Assembly: GCF_009914755.1 (NCBI RefSeq)
Contig: NC_060943.1
Source: the human T2T-CHM13v2.0 reference genome, Homo sapiens
Strand: one strand, 5' to 3'
Length of the DNA stretch: 64,000 nt
Below the pieces are notes generated by a model. It was not told the origin of the DNA, did not search any database, and saw only the letters and a list, made by a program, of their open reading frames with translations. Position 1 is the first letter of the stretch, and each line of letters starts with the position of its first letter. The position numbers and the translations under genes were made by a program. Below, piece after piece: positions 51,969 to 64,000 of this stretch.

Positions 51969-52520
51969 ACAGGTTCAGGGGTGTCATGTCTTCCCGTGGT
52001 GCCCCCCAGGGACCCTCAGATGGGTGCAGTTCCCCATGAAGGGCCCCCGGCAGCATCTCCCGCTTGATCTCCACCCGTATTTGTTCAGGCTTCAGCTTCT
52101 TGGGCAAGGAGGGTGCAGCCAGGCCTGGGAACATCTTTCGGGCCGTAGGAGGAGGAGAGGCAGTTGGTGAGTGGCCCAGGGGGCTGCCCGGTGGTGGTGG
52201 CAACTTCTTGGCCAAGGGTGAGATGTGAAGGTCCGAGGGGCTGCGGGCTTCCAGTGAGCTGCCAGGACCTGCGCCGCCCATCATCTTGGCCAGGGCTTTT
52301 GGGCTTGGCCCTGGTGGGTTGGGAGGTCCACCAGGCCGAGACTGGGTCCGTCTCTTCAGGATCTCCCGCAGCGTGTCGATGGGCGAGCCATTGACGTACC
52401 ACTCGGTCACGCCCATTTGCCGCAGATGGGAGCGCGCGTGGCTCGAGAGGCCCTTGCGGTTCTCGAAGAACTCACCACAGAACTCGCAGCGGATGTCTCG
52501 TGCTGGCTCTGGGCCTGAGG
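51969..52520 (-). CDS. WIZ: WIZ exon with ZF CEFCG (copy 1), TARKM and PLNL
   Basis: tgcag| and |gtaagt, 552 nt, phase 1-1. Confidence 0.95.
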
Positions 52521-53096
52521 CTGCAGCAGGAGGAGAAAGGGGCAGTTAGCATCGTGGAACTGCCAGCATGGTCACCTGCAGGAGTGTCCTGGTCGGCTGG
52601 GCGTGGGCGGCAGCAGCACGCCCACAGGTTAGGGTGGTGAGGGCAGGTGCAGGTAAGGGAGTGGAGGAGCGGGGCTGGGGGCCAGATACCCGGCAGGAGT
52701 GAGGGGAGGCTCCAGAGAGCACATGGGCCCTCAGTCCTGGCGGAGGAGGATGGAACCAAGATTCCATTGCTCTGTGGGTCCCAACAAGGACAGGGTGAGG
52801 CAGGGAGGCAGCCTAGGTGCTATGTGCCATCCAGACAGGGGCAGATGTGGGTGCTCTGCACACTAAAAGGCAGGATCTCCCCACCTTGGCCTTCATTCTC
52901 AGGAAGGGTCATGGAGGTCAAAGGCCAAGAGAGAGGGCCTAGCAGCCCACTGCCAACAAGATCTCTGGGCAGAACCGGCCCACTGCCAAGGGCCCCTGTC
53001 TACTCCCTGCCCCAGCAGGGAGGGGGCTGTGACCCCCCCCCCGGGAGGGGCTCCAGGGCCCGCAGTGAGGAGGGGGCAGCTGAAGCGAGAACCTAC

Positions 53097-53495
53097 AGAG
53101 GTTGAGAGGAGACGGCTCCACATCAGAGGCCCAGAAAATGCCGGCGGCTGCGGCGGCCGAGAGGTCCTGCTTCCCCCAGGGGCTGGCCATACCCGCGGCC
53201 TTCAGCTTGGCCTTCTTGGCCGGCGGTGGGGGGGGAAGCAAGGAGAGGGCCGCGGAGGTGGGAGGCGGCCGCCCCGGGTGGGCCAGGGCGCCGCGCCTGG
53301 GTGGGAGGCGGATCTGGACGCCGTCCCTCCTGATGAGCCCGTGGAGCACGTCTATGGGGGATCCCTTGGCGTCCGGATCGCTGACGCCCAGGTGGCGCAG
53401 GTGGGCACGGGCGTGGCTAGACAGGCCCTTGCGGGTCTCAAACCAGGCACCGCACAGCTGGCAGTCCAGCTCTCTGCCCCCGTCACTATCTAAAG
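53097..53495 (-). CDS. WIZ: WIZ exon with ZF CQLCG, ends PLNL (likely cassette)
   Basis: cgcag| and |gtaggt, 399 nt, phase 1-1. Confidence 0.9.
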
Positions 53496-54572
53496 CTGCG
53501 GAGACAAAACACAGGGGGGGTTCACGGCCGCCACCTTGGCCGGCCTTGGGGGCCTGAGGTAGGAGGGTCTGGTGTGATTTTTGGCTGCTCAGGCAGTTGG
53601 GGGGTCCAAGACTCGGGCCGCAGATTTCTTTTGAAGTTTGGGAAGCAGGACATCCTGTTTCCTGCCTAGCCCTTTGGCATCGAGGGGAGTGTAGAGAGCT
53701 TAAGGACTTTGGGTAGACAGGCAGTGACCAAATTCTAGGTAATCAGATACTCCCAGACCCTCTCCCCTAGGATCCCTGCTATGGGAGCTATTTGGGGGCG
53801 ATGGTGGCTGCTGGGCTCACGCAGCCAAGGGCACACCTGCTCAAGGCCCTGCCCCTGGAAGCACGGCAGACTCAGTGGAAGCAACTTCAAGGGAACATAA
53901 GGTGCCAAATGGGGGGCTCCATTGGGCAGGGGGTGAGACCCTGGGGTCACCCCCAGACTCTAATGTCCACAAAGATATGGGAAAGCCTGATGTTGTAAGG
54001 GACGTCCTTGTTAAACCTGCTCACTGCACCTGGAGGGTTTCTTCCCAAACCCTGCCTGCCGTGCCCACAGGCAGCCCAGGAGGTGGGGCTTCACCGGCAG
54101 GCGCAGAGAGCTGCCTCTGCGTGGTGGACAGCCAGGAAGACTTGATGACAGGACCAATCGTGGGCACCTCCCATCAGGTGATCCCCTGTCTATCCAAGAT
54201 GCTTCCAACTACCACTGAGAAAGCTAGGCCACAGGAACCCTGGTTACCTTCACCGCCCCTACCCACAGGCCCAGAGAAAGCCAAGAGCTGCCCCTCAGTG
54301 GCGAGCATGACCCTGGCAGGCTCATCAGCCGCAGTGAGGCTTTCAGGGGAAGATCAGCAAAGTAAAGTGGGAGGCACGATCCACATCCAAGGCGGCCCAA
54401 AAGGAGATGCAGAGGCTTGACCAATACTCTGGCCTGGCTGGCCCAGGACATGGGAGCTGTAGTCCCCACCGCCCCCACCCACCCTGGGCCCTGTCCCTGG
54501 GCTACAGCCCAACCTGAGGTCCCGACCCTCCCAGCGCCAGAACCTCCCTCGGCTCTTGGGACCCACACTCAC

Positions 54573-55076
54573 TGAGGTTCAAGGGCCCCTCATCCTCAGA
54601 CTGAGGCCACTGTGCCTTTGGGGAGGCCGGCCGGGGGCTCAGGGACAGCTGGGGGCTCTTGTCCTCAGGATTCTTAGGGGTAGGGGAGCCCGCCAGGGCC
54701 AGTGGTGTCTTTTTGAGGAGTGGAGAGCTGGGCGGGTGGCCCAGGCCCTTGGCCGAGAAGCCGGGAGGCGACTTGATGGCTTTGTTGACAGCAGGGGCAT
54801 CCAAGGGCTTGGCCAGGCTGAGCAAGCCGGGCCGGGGGGCCCCGGCGACCACCTCCTTCAGTGAGCTGGACTTCTTAGCCAGGCCTGGGGGCAGCCCAAG
54901 GTGGGCGTCAGGCAGACCCTTCTGCTTCACAAGCTCGTAGAGGAGGTCGATGGGTGCGCCGCTGCTTTCCGACTCTGCCACTCCCAGCTGCCGCAGGTGG
55001 GAGCGCGCGTGGCTGGACAGGCCCTTTCGGGTCTCAAAGCAGGCACCGCAGACCTCGCAGGTGGTCAGGCTCTGGG
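54573..55076 (-). CDS. WIZ: WIZ exon with ZF CEVCG, ends PLNL
   Basis: ttcag| and |gtgagt, 504 nt, phase 1-1. Confidence 0.95.
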
Positions 55077-55999
55077 CTGAAGGGCAACACAGAGGCCGGG
55101 AGAGCAGGCTGTGAGGCCCACGGCCCAGCTCTCCCGCTTCTCCTCCCCTGAGAGTCCCACTCACCCAGGCTCCATGGAAGTGTTTTGCCTCCGTCAGGCC
55201 CCCCAAACCTCACAATGACCCTAACAACGCAGAGAATAGCTTGGCTGCTTTGCCAATAAGGGTTAGCAACTGAGACTCAGAGAGGGAAAAGTTGTGCCCA
55301 AGGGCACACAGCAGGAGATAGAGCCCTTCTGTCATCCAGCCAGTGGGACACCTTTCACAACCTTTCAGGCCTACGGGGTGCCCTGGCAACAGGTTCACAC
55401 AAACGCTGACCTGACAGCCACATGCCTCACTGAACTAAGTTCTAACCACCCTCTGTGGCTCAACTCCTGCCCGAAACACTGGTCCTTGCAGTCTCCTGCA
55501 CCCTCTTCCACAGAGCCTTTATCCTTGCCTATCTGCTTCTCTGTCTCCCCGTTCCCCAACTTGAATGGCCCTCAAGAGCAAGGGCCAAATTCATTTTGCT
55601 CCTCTCACCTCCCTGGAGTCCACCCCAGGGCCCGTCACTAGTCAATAACAACCTTAGGATCAACAGACGAAGAAATGGTGTCATGCGAGAGACTGCACAG
55701 CTAGCAAAGGCCAGATTCAGCAAATGAGCTGGGTCTGAGTTATGAGCTCTGGACCACCACACCCACTGCTTCTGGATGCTGTCCCTCGCCCCGTGAGGGT
55801 GCAGCTCAGGGCCACGCATGCCCAGGACAGTAGAAGTTCAAGAGAGAAGACAGCTGAGTGCCAACCTTGGTGCCTCAAGGTGCCAGAGGGAAAACTGCGG
55901 GCAACCTTGGGCCCCACATTAACCCCAAGGCACGAGAGTGCTCCTGTGAGTGTAACCAGCCTGGCCAGCATCCCCTGCCATGCCACCTGGGCCACTCAC

Positions 56000-56170
56000 C
56001 CTTGAGGTCCTGCAGCTCCTGTTTGCTGCCATGAGGAACCTCTGCAGCCACTTTGCTGCTCAGCCGACTGGCCACCTGCTCCAGGGCCCCAGGGACAGGC
56101 AGGCTCTTCTTAGGGAGCGAGGGAGAGCCCAAGTCCATGGCCACCATTGCGTTTTCCTCAGAACCCAGGC
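56000..56170 (-). CDS. WIZ: WIZ exon GLGSEENAMVAM...QDLK (likely cassette)
   Basis: cacag| and |gtgagt, 171 nt, phase 1-1. Confidence 0.88.
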
Positions 56171-57421
56171 CTGTGGGTTGGGGAGACAGGCTCAGCCCAG
56201 ACAAATTTCAGGCTGTCTATACCCAGAACTAAGAAGATGGCCTTCTTCCTTATCCTTGATGTCCGCTCTCACTCTGCGAAGCGACTCACCCCAGGAAAGC
56301 TGAGGTTCCACCATAACCCCCAGCACCAGTCCAGTGCAGGGACACTGAGGCTGCCACTGACAGCAGACGCCAGCAGCTGCTTCCACACACTACAGCATGG
56401 ACAGGTCTGGGGTCTAATGCAAATCTGAGCCCAAACTCCCATCCCAGGGGATCTCAAAGAAAAGATCTCTCTGGGCAGAACTTGTGAGGGGGAACGTCTG
56501 CCTGTCTCGAGGGTGAGGGTGGGAGGCACTCAGAGAGGGAATTCAACACAACACCAGGGTCAGGAGGCTGGAGAGGCCACACAGAGGCAGGGAGCCAGGG
56601 AGCCAGGGACAGGGAGGTGGCTTCACAGCACTTGTGAGGAATCTCCACCAGACAAGACAGCTGGGGCTGCAGAGACAATGGGGGACCAGGGGTGGCCTAC
56701 TGATCACAAGCTGGGCCCTAAGTGGGGTAAGGTGTCTGCACCTACAGCTATCTGACTTCGGACAGAAAGAGTTGGAATCACAGAACTTTGTGTTAAGTTT
56801 CTGAGACATCTATCAGGCCCGCAGCATCCCTGGGTGAGGAGTGTGTGGCAGAGGGAACCAAGGGTGAATTTTCACGTCTAGTTGTTCAAAGGGGCCTGGG
56901 AGGCCAGTTGAACTCCAAATTTAGAGTTCAGAGCAAAGGATGAAGGAACTGTGCCAAATGGGGCCTTGGAGGCGTTCAGTGGGATGTAACGGGGCAGGGG
57001 GCCATGTAGGTTCTATGCTCAGTTTGAGTCTCGCAGAAGCAAAGAGTAGGCGCTGAGGACTGGGGCACCGAGGACTTTGTCAAAGTCTCCGGGTCGGGTG
57101 GGCGCGTCTGTCAGATGGGGCAGGGCTGAAGTGAGTTTCCGCACCGGACGGACCGGAACCGTGGCAAGGGACGCTCCCGGGGCTCCAAAGGGGGCAAGGG
57201 ACATCTGTCAGACGGGGCAAAGGTCTCGAGGAGCGGCGGAGGAGTGTTTCTGAGGCCTGGGACCCTGCGAGCGGCGACAGAAGGCCCTGGGCCCACACAA
57301 CTAAAGGGCCTGGGGGAGGGGGGGTTCCCGCAGACTGGACGGAAGGCGTCGGGGGCGGCGGCACCGGCAGGCGGGATTCCGACCTTCCCCTCCCCACACC
57401 CTCCCAAGCGCGGGCTCTTAC

Positions 57422-57692
57422 CGGGCGCGGGAGCGGACGCGGGCCCGGGCCCCGGCTCCGGCTCGGCCTTGGGCCCGTCCCGCGGCGGCGGTGGCGGTGG
57501 CGGTGGTGGTGGCGGCGGCGGCGGGGGTGGGGGCGGCGGCGGCGGCGCGGGGGGTGCCGCGGGGCCCGGGCTCGGGGGGCTGGGCGGGGGCGCCCCCGCG
57601 GGCGCGCGCTCCCGGGCGCCCCCCGCGCGCGGCCCCGCCGCCGCCTTGCTCTCCGCTTTTGTCACTCGGCACTGGGCGGTGGAGGCGGCCAT
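57422..57692 (-). CDS. WIZ: Putative alternative WIZ first coding exon (MAASTAQ...P21...APAPG)
   Basis: AAGATGG Kozak, 90 codons plus G, CCG|GTAAGA donor, phase 1 matches downstream exons, lies inside a CpG island. Confidence 0.6.
57483..57545 (-). repeat. (CCN)21 repeat encoding polyproline
   Basis: Mixed CCG/CCA/CCC codons, all in the frame of ATG 57692. Confidence 0.9.
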
Positions 57693-58960
57693 CTTGGCTC
57701 CGGCGCACGCGGGGCGGCCGCCCCAGGCGGGAGCAGCTGAGCGCCGAGTGCCGAGTGCCGCTGCCGCCGCCGCCAAACCCGCTCCGCCCCGCCCCTCAGG
57801 GCGCGCCCAGGTTGGCCTGCCGAGTGCCGAGCGCCGAGCGCCGAGTGCCACGAGCGAAACCGTTCGTCTGGGCCCTGAGGGCGGACGGCTGCAGCTGCTG
57901 GAAGCTTGTCGCGCGCCCTGGCTAGCGGATGCACCCACGCTGGGCGCCCAGCGGCCTCTAACCGCCGCCCCAGCCCAGTCCCCGGACATCTCTATCCCTA
58001 GGATGGGAATCTTCCGGCCTCACTCAGACCCCCTTAAACAACGTCAAAACTCTTAAGAGCCCCGACGGGCGGAGCTAGGACCTGCCCTAGGACCCTGCCC
58101 CATTCCCTTTCCGGAAAGTCTCCATCTCCGAGTCGGGGATCCTGGAAAACACCTGATCTCCAACCACAAGAATCCCTCCAGTATCATCCTGTTATCCAAC
58201 CGTCCCCCGACGGTGCCGTTCCGCAGACCTAGGGAACCCCACAAGGCCGGCAACACATTTCAATCACCGCCTGCTTCTCTCTCCGATTGTCCCCAGCTGT
58301 TCCTTGACAGTTGGGTGGGGCTAGAATCGGAACATTGCCCCGCCCCCAACCTGGCACCCGCCCCCTCCTGCCCACTTAGGGAGAGGGGGCAGGCTTCTAA
58401 CGACAGCCTTGCAGCGCCAGTGCCCAGACCTAGCCCTAATGTTGCATATCCTTACTTAAGGCAAGGCTTCCAAGATCTTCCCAATCACTCCCTAACCGCC
58501 AACCCTCTGCCTCGCAGTTATTCACTGAAAGACTGGTCATAGCTCTCCCTCCCAAGGACAAGGCCAGGGCAGTGCCAAACCTGGCTCCTCTCATCCGTAG
58601 GCTGATTCCTTATACCCCAGTGCCTCCTGCACCCCTAGCCATCCTCAGAGCCAGCTCTGTCTCGCAGCCACCCCTGAGACACTACAAGCCAGACGTGGGT
58701 GAGCTGAGTGCCTGGGGAGCAGCCTTTAGCAGAAGCAAGAAGCCTGAGGTCAAGTCCCCACTCTGCCCCTTCCTGAGGTGTCACCTCAACCAGCCCCTGT
58801 CCTCTCTGAACCTCCAAGGAGAGGGGGCTTTGATAGCCCCACCCTCCCCTTTGCAGGCTCATGAATGCCCTTCAAGTGGGCTTGTGAGTGGGTCTGACTG
58901 AGCCCAGAGTACAGATCTAGGTAGGACCCCAGCAGCTGCAAGTAGGAATAGTACCGAAGG

Positions 58961-61133
<2,173 letters not shown>

Positions 61134-61137
61134 CTAG

Positions 61138-61550
61138 ATCTGCACTATCCAATAGGATCCCCACTAGCCTGGCACTAGCTTCATTTCAACTTCTTAACAG
61201 CCATACATGACCAATGGTGTCCCTGTAAGACGTGCAGATATCTAGAGAATATTTCCAGCCATCATCTCAGAAAGTTCTATACAACAATGCTTCTCAAGAT
61301 AGAAGATGTCATTAACAGCAAAGAATCTGGGGCCCAGCTGCCTGGGTTTTAAATCCCTGTTTCACCCTTTCCAGCTGTGTGACCTCAGGCAGGTTAATTA
61401 AACTCTGTGCCTCAGTTTCCTCATCTGTAAAGTGGAAGAAATAATAACACCTGCCTTATAGGATTGTTGTGAGGATGTAAATGAGTTCATGTTTGTAAAG
61501 TGCTTAGAACGATGCCTGGCTCCCAGTAAAAGCTCAGTAAGCATTTGTCA
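61138..61550. mobile_element. MER3-like fragment followed by MIR
   Basis: gcactatccaatag...agaaagttctat; ctgtgcctcagtttcctcatctgtaaa. Confidence 0.6.
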
Positions 61551-61794
61551 AAGTCACTGGCAGGAAAGATAGTGAAAAACTGGATCCAGAAAGAGACCTG
61601 GCCCAGATCCTGAGTGAAACAGAAAGGACACCTAAATAGCAGGGTGGTTGTAAGGAAAGTCATCAACATACTTTGTAAAGTGACTCAAAATGCTTCCAGG
61701 AAAGCTGAGCGGCTGCCCCTCCAGCCCCGCCCCTCCAATGCTCTGGGCCCCTGGGAAGGATGGGGCTCCAGCACAGCCCGTCCCCTCCCCTTAC

Positions 61795-62118
61795 CATCTC
61801 CATAGGCTGGCCCAGGGTCCTCAGCCCAGGTGGGTGGAAAGGGCACCGTGAGAGGTAAGCGGGGCCGACGGGAGGTCAGGAAGCTGCCAGGCGGACCCCC
61901 AGGCTCTCGGCCCAGGGGGCTGGGGGGCTGCTCAGCAGCAGAGGTGGCCAGCAGCTCCTGCAGGATGTTGATGGGTGAGACAGTGAGCTCCCAGTTGGTG
62001 ATACCGAAGTCACGTAGGTGGGCCCGGGCGTGGCTGGAGAGGCCGGCCCGTGTGTCGAAGCCAGCCCCGCAGAAGTCACAGCGCATCAGGCTGAAGGTGC
62101 CTGGGTCAAAGTTGGCCA
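61795..62118 (-). CDS. WIZ: WIZ exon with ZF CDFCG
   Basis: cacag| and |gtaagg, 324 nt, phase 1-1. Confidence 0.95.
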
Positions 62119-62370
62119 CTGTGGAGAGAGGACAGGACTGCCTGAGGTGGAGAGGGGGCTACTCCCCAGCCCCAACCCCTCCCCATATTCAGGGCTTCAC
62201 CCTGGACTGCCTTTCTTCCCCGTGGCTGTCCCTTTTGCTCCTGCCTGCTCCTCAGCTCTCAGCTCGTGCATCCTCCCACCCCATTCCAGGAAGCCTGACC
62301 CTCCCAGATACCCCCTTCCCACATCTGGCAACGTCAAGGAGGGACCTCTTCTGCAAAAACCCTTCTCCAG

Positions 62371-62700
<330 letters not shown>

Positions 62701-62983
62701 CTATGAGAGTATTTGATTAATAGCCTTCTCGTGACTATTTTTACTCATGATCACGCAAGTGCTGTAAATTAAATATTTGTTGGATGAAGAAATGGACAAA
62801 TGGATGTAATGCCCTCTGCTGGGAGCCTTCTCTGAGCCCTGCAACTGGAGTTAGGGACTTTGTCTCAGCTTCCCCAGCCTCCTGGTTCTCCCAGCTTTCC
62901 CTGCATCTCAGCCCTGCTCACTCGGTGTCGTCACTGCCTGGTTTCCTGGTTGTCACCCCTTGCCCCCAACCCCTAGTGCGTAG

Positions 62984-63015
62984 ACACACACACACACACA
63001 CGCACACACACACAC
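62984..63015. repeat. (CA)n microsatellite
   Basis: Direct reading. Confidence 0.9.
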
Positions 63016-63566
63016 TCAAACACCATACTGGCACCTCCCCAAGTGGGCTTTGTGTCTGCCAATGTCAGAACCACCCAGGGTGCTCCTGTTGGAAACAGAC
63101 TTCTGGAATCAGAGCCTTGTACTGTGGGAACTGACAAACCTTACAGGCAGCCCCAGGGGGTTCTGAAGCTGGCCAGTGTGGGGTGGAGGGGGTCCCACCA
63201 CTCCTGGACTGGGCCATGAACTCCAAGAGTCCAAGAACTGCTATTCTGTCCACTGCTGTGTCCCCAGGTCCCCAGAACAGAGGGGAACCTTGCTCAGTAA
63301 ATATTTGTTGAATGGAGGAATGAATGAAATTCTCTGCCTGAGGCTGACTCTTCTACCCACACTCCTTCCTCCAGTGGCTGGAATGGCCAGGGGACTGGGG
63401 CGTCTCCACACATCCACCGACCAGGTGGCCTTTACTGTGGCTCTCAAGTCTCTCAGGAGCAGAGGCCCCAGTGTCCCCCTGCTTGGCGCTAAGGGAGAGA
63501 ATTTAGATCAACGGTGGGTTGCCCAGCCATGTGTCTCCTGGGCCTTTAAAAGTGAAGCTGCCCTAC

Positions 63567-64000
63567 CTTTTTTCTTCTTCTTCTGGAAGGAGAACCTGCG
63601 CTCAATGGCCTTCACCTCCTCAGCGGAGATGAAATGGCGCACATTGTAGCTGACGCCCACGCGGTTCAGGTGGCCCCGGACGTGGTTGGCCAAGCCGATG
63701 CCGTTGTGGAAGCGATCGGGGCAGTAGGGGCATTTCCGCTCCTCGTGCTTCAGTGCCATGGCCGGATCCCCATCCAGGAGTGTGTCCAGCCCCAGCGGGC
63801 CGCCCAGCGGCGCGTCCAGGAGCAGGAAGTCCAGGGGGTGGGCGCCTGCCAGCCCCAGCTCCTCGGGCTGCAACCTTGGGGGCACCCTGGCTGCCGCCAT
63901 GACCTGCGGCCCCAGCTTCGCCACGAGCACAATGGGTACCATCCCTCGGAGCTGCTGCTGCTGCCCCTGGGTGGCCTCTACTGCCTGCAGGGCCTCTCGG
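63567..64000 (-). CDS. WIZ: WIZ large exon, 3' part (ZF CPYC...HVRGH, QKKKKK); continues beyond the right edge
   Basis: Open frame to window edge; AAG|gtaggg donor at 63566. Confidence 0.93.

Larger units (their letters stand above)
57050..58270. promoter_or_regulatory. Intragenic CpG island, probable internal WIZ promoter
   Basis: Very high GC/CpG, GC boxes, YY1-like GCCATCTT overlapping the ATG. Confidence 0.8.

Noticed and set aside
57244-58056. 270-aa plus-strand polyglycine ORF
   Set aside because: Antisense shadow of the Pro-rich WIZ-frame exon; non-ATG start and no splice or polyA support seen.

Overview
Human-like (Alu-rich primate) genomic DNA that I recognise as the chr19p13.12 AKAP8-AKAP8L-WIZ cluster, with all three genes head-to-tail on the minus strand. 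It holds: AKAP8/AKAP95 exons 1-2 (the gene continues off the left edge); the complete 14-exon AKAP8L/HA95 gene (CDS reconstructed from splice sites = 1941 nt, 646 aa, with one GC-AG intron); and the last 10 coding exons of WIZ (the most upstream one runs off the right edge). There are three CpG islands, dozens of Alus (two look very young), a fragmented old L1 and assorted DNA/LTR/MIR repeats. There are no CRISPR, tRNA or rRNA features. The most interesting unexplained signals are: stop-containing cassette-exon candidates in intron 1 of both AKAP8 paralogs (possible paired NMD feedback); an internal WIZ CpG-island first exon encoding an in-frame Pro21 N-terminus; and a (CCT)n tract bracketed by two in-frame WIZ acceptors. 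These are sequence-based hypotheses only, and no database was searched. Repeat boundaries and subfamily names are approximate and assigned by eye.
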